From a virus (Duplodnaviria; Heunggongvirae; Uroviricota; Caudoviricetes), in IMG/VR virus record IMGVR_UViG_3300032007_000003, positions 32,001 to 96,000 of that record: DNA of 64,000 bases, one strand, 5' to 3'. The first letter of the stretch is position 1, and each line of letters starts with the position of its first letter. The translations under genes were made by a program, and so were the position numbers. Shown piece after piece: positions 9,047 to 18,619 of the stretch. The notes beneath the pieces were generated by a model that did no database searches, was not told the origin of the DNA, and saw nothing but the letters and a program-made list of their open reading frames with translations.

Positions 9047-10924
9047 ATGATTTACGATAGGCAAGAAATGAGTCGTGACTATGCCATGTGCTATGCCGAC
9101 AAATCAAGAATTACATTTATAGAAAAGTATTTTTCAACCTTTAATGCAACTAAGGGTAAGAAAACACAATTCCACTGTTTTCCACGTCAGAGGGCATTCC
9201 TCAAGGCTCTTGCGGAGAACAGAAACGTTGTTGCGATTAAACCAAGACAGTGTGGTATTACAACATTATCAAGCGCTTGGGCTGCTGCCCAGTGTGCATT
9301 TGCATCAGCAGAGGCACCTGAGACTGTGTTGTGTATTGCCAATAAGCTTGAGCAAGCGCAAGAAATTATCATCAAGGTAAGAGATTTCCTTGAGCAAGTT
9401 CCTAGATGGTATTGGGGTAACGAGTATTTCTCAGTTGACCCTAATTCAGAAAAAAACATTAAATCTATTTTTTTAAAGGATGCAAAAGGAGAATTAAAAT
9501 TGTTCAATGGTTGTAGAATCATTGCACGTGCATCTGGTCCTAATGCTTCTCGTGGTATCTCTGCTGTATCCGTCTTGATTCTTGACGAGGCAGCGTTTAT
9601 TGAGGAAGGTGTGGCTGCGTTTACCACTGCTGCTGCAACTATGGCATCTAACCCTAATTCTAAGACTGTTATGGTGTCTACCCCTAACGGTAGAGACGAG
9701 CTTTACTATAACACATATAGGCAAGCATTAAGCCATGAGAATAACTTTGTGGCTGTACAGTTCCGTTGGTATCAAGACCCAAGATTCAATAAGTATCTTG
9801 TGTGGAAGAAGAAAAATGAAGATACTGGTGAATGGGAGTTTGACCAAGACCCAATAATCGACAGTGAGGGAGGAGTGAAGTATGATGAGGAAAGGTGGGC
9901 TAGACTTGAACACAATGGTTGGAAGCCTACAGCACCTTGGTATGATGAAATGTGCAAGCAGTTCAACAATGACTCAATGAAGATTGCCCAAGAGCTTGAT
10001 GTATCGTTCATGGGTTCTGCTGACAACGTTGTTGCTCCAGAGTTCATTGAAATGCAAGAGAAGCTTAATACGAGAGAACCACTTGATGATTTCCATGACC
10101 CATTGGTTGAAGAGACTTGGTTCTGGAAGCGTCCAATGGAAGGACATCGTTATATTCTTGCATGTGACCCATCTAGAGGTGTGTCTGCCGATAGAACAGC
10201 TATTGAGATAATTGATATGGATGGTAGGGATGAGAATGGGCTACCGATTATCGAGCAAGTTGGAGAGTATGTTGGAAAGAAGTTGGGTGATGATATTGGA
10301 GCATTATGTTATCAATATGCAACAATGTATAATGATGCATTCATTGTCGTTGACTGTACTGGTGGTCAAGGAGATGCTGCCATATTAACACTTATAAACA
10401 TGGGTTATAAAAACATGTATTATGAGGATTCAAATCAAAAGACATATACAGTTCAGAGGTCAACAAAGAACTATGATGGATATACGGATAAGCTTCCAGG
10501 TTTCCACTTCCAAGGAAACCGTTATCCAGTACTTGCAAACTTCGCAGGTCTTGTTCGTAACAATGAGTTCAAAATTCGTTCAGCTAGGGTAATCAACGAG
10601 CTTGAGACTTGGATATTCAAGGGTGAGGCAGCTAGAATTGACCACCAAGACGGTGCTCATGACGATACGCTTACGGCATTGGCTATGGGATTGTTCGTTA
10701 TGCAGTACACTGTTAATAGGATACAAAATACCGCAAATAAGGATAAGGCTATTCTTAATGCGTATATGATGAATCGTGCAATCAGCATGAATAAACCAAA
10801 GATGAAGAGTGGAGAGACTATTGCGCCTAAGACTGGTTTACCTTTCTACAGTTCAAAGAAACGTATTGAGAAATATAGCAATATAGGTGGAAGTTGTATG
10901 TGGTTATTTGGAGGAGTTAAGTAA
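9047..10924 (+). CDS. terL: terminase large subunit (T4 gp17-like)
   Basis: KPRQCGITT Walker A, LILDEAAF Walker B, STPNG coupling motif, ACDPS and HDD nuclease motifs. Confidence 0.95.
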   Translation: MIYDRQEMSRDYAMCYADKSRITFIEKYFSTFNATKGKKTQFHCFPRQRAFLKALAENRNVVAIKPRQCGITTLSSAWAAAQCAFASAEAPETVLCIANKLEQAQEIIIKVRDFLEQVPRWYWGNEYFSVDPNSEKNIKSIFLKDAKGELKLFNGCRIIARASGPNASRGISAVSVLILDEAAFIEEGVAAFTTAAATMASNPNSKTVMVSTPNGRDELYYNTYRQALSHENNFVAVQFRWYQDPRFNKYLVWKKKNEDTGEWEFDQDPIIDSEGGVKYDEERWARLEHNGWKPTAPWYDEMCKQFNNDSMKIAQELDVSFMGSADNVVAPEFIEMQEKLNTREPLDDFHDPLVEETWFWKRPMEGHRYILACDPSRGVSADRTAIEIIDMDGRDENGLPIIEQVGEYVGKKLGDDIGALCYQYATMYNDAFIVVDCTGGQGDAAILTLINMGYKNMYYEDSNQKTYTVQRSTKNYDGYTDKLPGFHFQGNRYPVLANFAGLVRNNEFKIRSARVINELETWIFKGEAARIDHQDGAHDDTLTALAMGLFVMQYTVNRIQNTANKDKAILNAYMMNRAISMNKPKMKSGETIAPKTGLPFYSSKKRIEKYSNIGGSCMWLFGGVK

Positions 10925-10972
10925 AGTAACAAATATTTATATTTATAAATAAATTTATTATTTTTTATAAAA

Positions 10973-13015
10973 ATGGCAAAAAAGAATACAGTTTTTCAAG
11001 CCCTAGATAAAGCTATAACTGGACGTTGGACTTCTCCATCTACATCAATAGCAGAGCCACATATTAATTCATATGATTTGACTCCTAGTGATGGTAAGAG
11101 TGTAATATATAGGACAACAGATAGGGATGACTATTTACAGAAGAAACTAGAGCTTCAGCAAGATAAGTACTTGAAGGATAGATGGGTTAAGACTAATGTT
11201 AACTTGGCTGTAACCGCATATAGTGGTTTGAACAATGTCAAGTTAATGTATCGTGATGGTGACTTAATGGATGCATTTCCAGAGATTAGTGCAGCACTTG
11301 ATATTGTTTCTGAGGAAAGTACGATTGTTAATGACAAGGGAATGGTTGTTAATGTTTACTCAAAGTCAGATAGAATCAAGAGTATTCTTGAAGACTTGTT
11401 TGTAAATAGGCTTAACATTCAATTAACTGGTCAGATGATTATCCGTGCTATGTGTAAGTATGGTAATCAATTTATGCTATTGGATATTGACCATAAGAAT
11501 GGTGTTAAGGGTTGGAAACAGCTTCCAGTATTCAATATGGAGAGAATTGAGAATGGGGTTCAAAATCCTTATGGTGCTGGTTCATCAATCGCTGTTAACG
11601 GTGTAACAAAGGATGATGCAGACCTATCAACTCAATTTATTTGGTTGGATGATAATAATTCACAAGTACCATTCAGAGATTGGCAGATTGCTCATTTTAG
11701 ATTGCTCACAAACTCATTGTATTTACCTTATGGCGTGAGTTACCTTAATGGCGCACGTAGGCATTGGAGGATGCTTTCATTAATGGAAGATATGATGCTT
11801 ATCTATCGTCTTGAACGTTCAGTTGAAAGACGTGTGTATAAGATTTTCGTTGGAGCTATTGATGATGCTGATGTTGAAGCATATGTAGAGAGAATTGCCA
11901 ATGAGTTTAAGAGAACACCGATTATTGACCCAGTAACTGGTCAAGTTGACCTTCGTAAGAATATTCTTGGAATTGATAATGATATATTTATTCCAGTACG
12001 TGATGAGAATGCACCAACTCCAATTGATACGCTTTCAGCAGGTCAGAACATGACAGCTCTTGATGATATCAAGTTTGTGCAGAATAAGGTGTTGACCTCA
12101 CTTAGAATACCTAAGTCATTCTTGAACTTCGAGGATGGCGTTGGTGATGGTAAGAACCTTGCACTTATGGATATTCGTTTCACTAGAACAGTAAACAGAA
12201 TACAGCAAGCATTCTTGATGGAACTTACAAAGGTGGCTTCAATACACTTGTTCTTGTTAGGTTTCAATGATGAGTTGACCAATTTCTCATTGACGATGAA
12301 TAATCCATCAACACAAGCTGAAGGATTGGAGATTGAGAATATGCAGAAGAAGATTGATGCTGTTAGAGATGCAGTATCAGACCCAGGTAATGGTCTTCCA
12401 GTTATGTCACAAACTCGTGCTCTTAAGCAGATTATGAAATGGTCTGAAAAGGAGATTAAGGAGAACCTTGAAGAGATACGTCTTGAGAAGGGTATTGCTG
12501 CTGAACTTGAGAAAACCACACAGATTATCAAGAAGACTGGTATCTTCGATACCGTTGATAGAATCTATGGTGAACCAGGAGCAGAATACATGGATGATAT
12601 GCAAGGCGGTCAAGGTGGCATGGACGCTGGTGGAGGCGCAAGCGGTGGAATGGGAGCGCCACCACCTCCAATGGGAGACGCACCTGACATGGGTGGAGAT
12701 ATGGGAGCGCCAATGGATGATGGTAGTGGAATGGCACCAGCCCAAGAGGGTTCAATGCCAACAGCCGATATGGGAAGTGACCCAAATGCGCCAATGGAGT
12801 CTAGATATTCAAACAAGCCACTGATAAATGAGCAGAAGAACAATAAGCTTGATGAAATGTTTAATAAATATCTTTCAACTTTGAAAGAGCGCAATGAGAA
12901 ACATAGGGAAACTGAATACAAGCGTGCAGATGTTTATGATGAGGATTCATTGCTAATTAATGAAGAATTTGATAAGATGATTGATGAACTTGGTAAGTTT
13001 GTTGATAACGAATAA
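10973..13015 (+). CDS. portal protein (T4 gp20-like)
   Basis: LMEDMMLIYRLERSVERRVYKI, IDTLSAGQN, DIRFTRTVNRIQ; directly follows terL. Confidence 0.93.
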   Translation: MAKKNTVFQALDKAITGRWTSPSTSIAEPHINSYDLTPSDGKSVIYRTTDRDDYLQKKLELQQDKYLKDRWVKTNVNLAVTAYSGLNNVKLMYRDGDLMDAFPEISAALDIVSEESTIVNDKGMVVNVYSKSDRIKSILEDLFVNRLNIQLTGQMIIRAMCKYGNQFMLLDIDHKNGVKGWKQLPVFNMERIENGVQNPYGAGSSIAVNGVTKDDADLSTQFIWLDDNNSQVPFRDWQIAHFRLLTNSLYLPYGVSYLNGARRHWRMLSLMEDMMLIYRLERSVERRVYKIFVGAIDDADVEAYVERIANEFKRTPIIDPVTGQVDLRKNILGIDNDIFIPVRDENAPTPIDTLSAGQNMTALDDIKFVQNKVLTSLRIPKSFLNFEDGVGDGKNLALMDIRFTRTVNRIQQAFLMELTKVASIHLFLLGFNDELTNFSLTMNNPSTQAEGLEIENMQKKIDAVRDAVSDPGNGLPVMSQTRALKQIMKWSEKEIKENLEEIRLEKGIAAELEKTTQIIKKTGIFDTVDRIYGEPGAEYMDDMQGGQGGMDAGGGASGGMGAPPPPMGDAPDMGGDMGAPMDDGSGMAPAQEGSMPTADMGSDPNAPMESRYSNKPLINEQKNNKLDEMFNKYLSTLKERNEKHRETEYKRADVYDEDSLLINEEFDKMIDELGKFVDNE

Positions 13016-13018
13016 GAT

Positions 13019-13048
13019 AAAGGCGTGGCAATAACTGTCACGCTTTTT
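13019..13048 (+). terminator. rho-independent terminator
   Basis: aaggcgtggca-ataac-tgtcacgcttttt. Confidence 0.7.
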
Positions 13049-13084
13049 CTGTTAAACATGATATTTATAAGAAATAATGTTTGA

Positions 13085-15382
13085 ATGAAAAATAAAAGAA
13101 TACTAGAGTATTTTGAGGGCAATCCAGATACTGTATACGATACAACTAATCAAGTTACTTGGAAGTGGGATAATGAAATGTCAATATCTTTCGGATATTT
13201 CCCTATTTCATTGGACAACGAGTATCTCTTTATGACTGGTTCAACAACCCATCTTATGATTGGAGCGCAAGCAGCAAAGAAATTGATGGGAAAGGCAATC
13301 AGTCATATAAAGGATACCTATATTCCTTGGATTGAGAGACAGTGTTATGGAAAGTCATATTGTCGTGGAAGGATATGGACATTTGATACTGATAAGTATC
13401 CTAGCATCATGGCATTTTGGTATTTGCCAAGTTCTAGAATGCTTAGAAAGATTGTAAATGAACTTAATATAGACCCATACAACTATATATTGGTAGTGGA
13501 AGACTCCCAGAATGCATTTGAGGAAAATCCAACAGTAGCCGAATACATAGAGTCAAATAGTAATGGTGATGATGGATTTGATGAAATCAACGAGCCATTT
13601 GCCATTGACAAGAGGGTTATTGAGATTATAAGAAGCTATAACGATACCCAAAAAAATTGGCAGACTCAGAAGGAAAAGGAAGGTTGGAAGTCACTTGCTC
13701 AGAGAAATGCGACATTGTATCAAGAGAACAGACAAAGGGTAGATGAGTATTATGAAGGAGACCCAGATACGATTGATGAGTTTGATGATAATGATGGTGG
13801 GCTTATAAAAAGTATAAACTATAGAGATAAGAATGTAATATCATTTGGATTTTTTCAAACATCATTAGATGGTGGAAAGGAATTCATATATAAGTTAGAT
13901 ATTTGCCATCATGATATTTGTAAAGATATTGCAAACAAAATCATAGGAAAGGCAATGGCTTCAGAAGACATTGAGGACTATGAGGTGAAAGAGGTTGCTT
14001 CATCAATATATTCCGCAGCAGCATATAAGGGACGTATTTTCTTGGATGCAAATATAATTACAACATGGTCTAGAGTATCTTCAGCAACACTTCAAGAATT
14101 GCTTAATTTAATGGGTGGTGTTGAAAAGTGGAAACATCTAAGTTATATAGTTCCAAGATGGTATGATAGTATCACTTGGGAAACAGATGAAATATCACAG
14201 AAAAACATCAATGTACTTGAATATATATCCAAAGGTATAGATGCGGATGAAAGTAGGGATAAAAAGCAAATGGAAAGAGACTTTAAGCCATTGGTTGATG
14301 AATGGATTATTGACACTATAAGGGAATATAATAGACCAAATTCAACATTGGCAGCAAAGACTGCAAAGTTGGGTAACATGACGATTGCGCAATACAATTC
14401 ATTAATACATCAGGAAGAGAAAGAACCTAAACAAACTATAAAAGAAAATAATATAAATATGAAAGATAATAAGTATCAAGACTATATTAACATAATGTCT
14501 GAGGCATTACAGAAGGATGACTTCAAGGCATACGAATATGTTAAAGAAATTCTAGATGAAGCTATTGAAGAGAGCAAGCATGATAAAGAGCTTATGAACG
14601 AAATGAATACAACCAATTTCGGTGTGTTGAACCATATCTTCGAGAATGAGCTTCCAACTCTCATCAAGACAAACAAAAAAGCTGTAAGGAATGTCATTAA
14701 GACCATTAAGGAGGATAAGAACCTTATCAACCAGTTCAACTTCTACAATGTCATCAAGGAGCAGTACAATGGAAGTCATGCTGACATGATTTCATCTAAG
14801 GAAGCTCTTGAGAACCTTGCAAAGATTGTTGGTGAGAACATTGACCTCAAGACCGTAAAGGCTTCAAACAAGAAGTTAAGAAACGTGATGATTGAGAGTG
14901 GTGTTAAACCAAGTAACTTTGTTGATGAGGAATCAAGAAAGCTTTATGAAAATGGTGATGTAATCCTCACATCAAAGAGAAATACAAATAACATGATTTC
15001 TCTTGTTGAGAGTTATGATGCTGTTTGCAAATGGATGGATGCACACAAATCAGATAAGGTTAAGGATGGAAAAAATCCAGATGAAATGATTAGAGAATTT
15101 GAGGAGAAACTAAAAGATAACCTTAATGAATCTGAAATATCATTCGTACAACAGATAACTGATTTCAGAACACCAATTGCAGAGCAGAGAAAAGAAAAAC
15201 TATTTAATAAGTTCAAGAATGAATGCATCAGTAAGATTAATGAAATGTTGAAGGAGGATGCAGAAAATGTTGAACTTAAGGGATTGAGTGACCAGATTAA
15301 TGAAATGTCTTTTAATAAGGAAACCATTGTTAAGGACATCGCAAAGTTACTTGAGATAAGAGATATTTTGATGGATGATTAA
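13085..15382 (+). CDS. modular head-associated protein (duplicated N-terminal domain plus helical C-terminal domain)
   Basis: two EY(F/Y)EG(N/D)PDT...ISFG(Y/F)F...GRI repeats; helical C-terminal part from MKDNK (14459). Confidence 0.65.
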   Translation: MKNKRILEYFEGNPDTVYDTTNQVTWKWDNEMSISFGYFPISLDNEYLFMTGSTTHLMIGAQAAKKLMGKAISHIKDTYIPWIERQCYGKSYCRGRIWTFDTDKYPSIMAFWYLPSSRMLRKIVNELNIDPYNYILVVEDSQNAFEENPTVAEYIESNSNGDDGFDEINEPFAIDKRVIEIIRSYNDTQKNWQTQKEKEGWKSLAQRNATLYQENRQRVDEYYEGDPDTIDEFDDNDGGLIKSINYRDKNVISFGFFQTSLDGGKEFIYKLDICHHDICKDIANKIIGKAMASEDIEDYEVKEVASSIYSAAAYKGRIFLDANIITTWSRVSSATLQELLNLMGGVEKWKHLSYIVPRWYDSITWETDEISQKNINVLEYISKGIDADESRDKKQMERDFKPLVDEWIIDTIREYNRPNSTLAAKTAKLGNMTIAQYNSLIHQEEKEPKQTIKENNINMKDNKYQDYINIMSEALQKDDFKAYEYVKEILDEAIEESKHDKELMNEMNTTNFGVLNHIFENELPTLIKTNKKAVRNVIKTIKEDKNLINQFNFYNVIKEQYNGSHADMISSKEALENLAKIVGENIDLKTVKASNKKLRNVMIESGVKPSNFVDEESRKLYENGDVILTSKRNTNNMISLVESYDAVCKWMDAHKSDKVKDGKNPDEMIREFEEKLKDNLNESEISFVQQITDFRTPIAEQRKEKLFNKFKNECISKINEMLKEDAENVELKGLSDQINEMSFNKETIVKDIAKLLEIRDILMDD

Positions 15383-15390
15383 AGATTACA

Positions 15391-15419
15391 AATGCAGTCA
15401 GAAATGGCTGCATTTTTTT
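15391..15419 (+). terminator. rho-independent terminator
   Basis: aatgcagtca-gaaa-tggctgcatttttttt. Confidence 0.75.
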
Positions 15420-15482
15420 GTGTTTCCCTCTTGATTTTTACGAAAATTTTTGTTATATTTTAAAAAGAAAAATATAGCATAA

Positions 15483-15917
15483 ATGAAAAGATTAAATAAA
15501 GAATATAAGTTAGATGTGTGCAATCATATTTCATTAAAATATGGTACGGTAAATAGAAATAACCCACAAGTTGTATATGTAAGTGGAAAGTGTTGGGTAT
15601 CCCCACAAAGAGATATGGATTACGGTAATGTTATTGATAATATAGAAAAAACGATGAGGAAGAATATAAAGTCTTTTTTAATTGATGAAATAAATTTTGA
15701 TAATCGTTTTATATTGGACTTTGATATTAATATAGATGGTCTTGTACCAAGAGAGAAGAAATTCCTTTCCTTTGATTTCTATTTGCGTCAAAATGAAAAT
15801 AATAAGAAGAAGTTGTCAGAGTTAAATGATTTATTTAAGAGAAAGGTTAGTACAATTGCCAATAATCTAGTATATTCTTTTAAGGAAAATGATTTTACAA
15901 TAAATAAGAAGAAATAA
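15483..15917 (+). CDS. hypothetical protein
   Basis: 144-aa ORF with an AT-rich leader. Confidence 0.65.
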   Translation: MKRLNKEYKLDVCNHISLKYGTVNRNNPQVVYVSGKCWVSPQRDMDYGNVIDNIEKTMRKNIKSFLIDEINFDNRFILDFDINIDGLVPREKKFLSFDFYLRQNENNKKKLSELNDLFKRKVSTIANNLVYSFKENDFTINKKK

Positions 15918-15952
15918 ACTCTCAAGAATATTTATTATAAAAATTAGGTATC

Positions 15953-16282
15953 ATGAAGAAGGTAATAAGACTAACAGAATCAGAATTAAAAGCAATTGTT
16001 GAAAATTCTGTAAAAAGAATATTAAGAGAAGACGTGTTGGGAAATGATTGGCGTGAGAACGACAACGTATTGAATAACTATGAACCATTCGAGGGTGAGG
16101 AACATTCTACACCATTTGACGGTATGACGAATGACCATGACTTTGGTATAACTGGTGAACCACTTGACCAAACTCATGATGATATTAATCAAGATGATAT
16201 TGTGAATGGTGATGAAGATGAATGGGCACAAGATAGAATTGACCTTATGGCAAACTATGATGATTTTCCACCAATGGGATAA
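15953..16282 (+). CDS. RLTES-leader acidic protein (putative internal head protein)
   Basis: MKKVIRLTESELKAIVENSVKRILRE. Confidence 0.7.
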   Translation: MKKVIRLTESELKAIVENSVKRILREDVLGNDWRENDNVLNNYEPFEGEEHSTPFDGMTNDHDFGITGEPLDQTHDDINQDDIVNGDEDEWAQDRIDLMANYDDFPPMG

Positions 16283-16288
16283 AAAAAT

Positions 16289-16320
16289 AAGCGAGACTAG
16301 GTTTAGCCTCGCTTTTTTTT
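16289..16320. terminator. bidirectional terminator between convergent genes
   Basis: A-rich run, gcgag..tag / tagcctcgc stem, then T run. Confidence 0.6.
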
Positions 16321-16324
16321 ATTT

Positions 16325-16723
16325 TTAGATGTTCTTAATTCTTACTGTAAAGCTCTTGATGTATGTGTTTCTTACACAAACGAATTCTATATTATCTTTC
16401 ACTGGTGCATAAGCTTTAATTCTCTCCATGAAGGTTTCTCTATCTTTTGATGTATAATCACTCATAGGATAGCAGATATACTCTGTATAACGCCCCATAT
16501 CCTTTGAATTCATATGTCTCCATCCGCATTCCCTTTCAGCCCTTAATAGAGCTTCAATAGCTCTACCATTTGCAGATGAACGATATTCATCAACTTGGTC
16601 TTGGTTAAAAAATAGGTCAGTTTGTCCGTTTGGATAAACACCAATCTCGTTTATAATTCTAGTAACTGATTCATTTATCAAACCATGCAAATCGCTTTCG
16701 GTTAATCTAATAACTTTCTTCAT
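16325..16723 (-). CDS. RLTESDL-leader protein (putative internal head protein)
   Basis: MKKVIRLTESDLHGLINESVTRIINE. Confidence 0.7.
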   Translation of the reverse strand: MKKVIRLTESDLHGLINESVTRIINEIGVYPNGQTDLFFNQDQVDEYRSSANGRAIEALLRAERECGWRHMNSKDMGRYTEYICYPMSDYTSKDRETFMERIKAYAPVKDNIEFVCVRNTYIKSFTVRIKNI

Positions 16724-17678
16724 TTATCTTATTTTTTATGTTATAAAGTTCTTTATCTAAAATTATATTTTCATTAGTATATATACCATTGAATCGCTTT
16801 GATGTTATTTTTTCCTTCCATCTTTTTGATATAACATACAACATCTTTATGTTGTTTTCATCGCATAATTCTTTTTTTGTTATATCTAGTCTAATACGTT
16901 TATCAAGATTTGATTTTAGTTTTAAATTTCCACTAAACTCTTTAAAATGTTGTTCTCCTTGACATTCAATAGCTAATTTAAATTCTGGAATATAAAAGTC
17001 TAATGTTTGTTTACCTAACCAATTAAAATTTTTTTGTCTTTCGAATTTAATGTTATTCTCAATTAGAAAATTTCTAACAATTCTTTCCAATTTACTAGAT
17101 TTACATATTGGACACCCTTCTCCTTGCAGATGCTTATCTGGAGTTTGCCAAAACTCACCGTGAATTGGACATATAATACAAACTTTTGTAGAATTGTTTA
17201 TATAATCAACTTTATCATAAATGTAGTCATCTTTATGAATATTTTTAAATTCTTTAATAACCTCTTCATTAGTTTTGTTTCTACCAACACATTTTGGGCA
17301 ACCTTGTTTTCTTAACGTATGTTTTTCTGGTGATTGCCAAAACTCTCCATGTATGGGACACATAATACAAACTTTTTCTTTTCTGTTTTTGTAAACAACT
17401 TTTGAATAGTCATATTTGTCACCATGAATTGATTTTGCTTCTTCTATAAATTGTTCTGTTGTTTTTCTAGTTGTGTTACCTCTTCTTTCATCATAACACT
17501 TTTGGCAACTAGAACCATTATGCAAAGAATTAGGTTTAGTCCTAAAGGTGTGATTATGTTTTTTACATCTTACTATTACATAGTTCTTATCACCATTATA
17601 TTCAGATAAAAGTTCTAATTCTGGATGTTCAATCAATAAACGTTCTTTAAATTCTTCTGTTGTTAATTTCTTTGGCAT
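16707..17678 (-). CDS. free-standing homing endonuclease (DUF723-like Zn repeats plus Vsr/PD-(D/E)XK-like C-terminus)
   Basis: repeated HGDKYDYSKV/CPIHGEFWQ/GCPxC units and LDFYIP...IECQGEQH; lower GC than flanks. Confidence 0.8.
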   Translation of the reverse strand: MPKKLTTEEFKERLLIEHPELELLSEYNGDKNYVIVRCKKHNHTFRTKPNSLHNGSSCQKCYDERRGNTTRKTTEQFIEEAKSIHGDKYDYSKVVYKNRKEKVCIMCPIHGEFWQSPEKHTLRKQGCPKCVGRNKTNEEVIKEFKNIHKDDYIYDKVDYINNSTKVCIICPIHGEFWQTPDKHLQGEGCPICKSSKLERIVRNFLIENNIKFERQKNFNWLGKQTLDFYIPEFKLAIECQGEQHFKEFSGNLKLKSNLDKRIRLDITKKELCDENNIKMLYVISKRWKEKITSKRFNGIYTNENIILDKELYNIKNKINEESY

Positions 17679-17745
17679 AATATTTAAAATATTTAGTACT
17701 ATATAAAATATAATAATAAATATTCAAAAGACAAGGTTTTTTCTC

Positions 17746-18447
17746 CTAATTTTTCAAAATATTTTTAATTTTTTCTATTTTTTCTGAAATTATGGGTTTA
17801 TTATTTAATCTATCAGCATTCTCAAGCCAAGGTTGTAAACCTTCTTCCCCATTTAACGTTATGAAAGCATTATTGGTGCTAGGGTCACTGACTACATCCC
17901 AACATATAAGTTCAAAATCTTCACCCACGATATATTGTCCAAGTTTTTGTTCGACTGAGCCAACACCTCTTGATGAAACGCCAATCTTAATACCATTCAT
18001 AAGTAGATTAGCCATTTCGTCACCACGTGTGCTTACGATACCATATTTTCTAAATCCATATGAAGTATTGATTTCAAGTTTTCCGACTAATGTTCTACCT
18101 TCCCAATGAAGTTCAATAATATTTATTGCGATTCTTCCCAAATCGATTGTTGATTCTGCTGGATGATTCAATTCACCAATTGCTCTTCTATCATTAATCT
18201 TTTCTTGATATATTTCTACTTGTTTCTTCAATACACCTTCTGGGTATATTCTACCATTTGCGTTTTTAACGCCAAATTTCTGAAATACAGCATCCACAAT
18301 AAATGGATATGGGACACTCCATCCTTCATCTTCAAGGCTTTCTTTAATCTGCTTTGGATTTTTGATATACATGTATCCATCATTTTCAATAAGGATTCCA
18401 TGTCCAGTCTTACCTTCCTTTATTATCTCTAATTCAGCTTTTTTCAT
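17746..18447 (-). CDS. prohead core protease (T4 gp21-like)
   Basis: NANGRIYP, GELNHP, GVSSRGVGS, WDVVSDPS. Confidence 0.93.
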   Translation of the reverse strand: MKKAELEIIKEGKTGHGILIENDGYMYIKNPKQIKESLEDEGWSVPYPFIVDAVFQKFGVKNANGRIYPEGVLKKQVEIYQEKINDRRAIGELNHPAESTIDLGRIAINIIELHWEGRTLVGKLEINTSYGFRKYGIVSTRGDEMANLLMNGIKIGVSSRGVGSVEQKLGQYIVGEDFELICWDVVSDPSTNNAFITLNGEEGLQPWLENADRLNNKPIISEKIEKIKNILKN

Positions 18448-18619
18448 CACTAATATTTTTTATTAATAAATATTTGTCCTTTTCTAAATATTTATATATT
18501 AGTCAATAAAACCAAATAGTAAAATATCTATATTTCCATTATTTTTAGGGGTATATAGAATTTTTTTGGTATTTTTGGTATATTTATAATTAAAATAATG
18601 TATTAAATCTATTTTCTAA

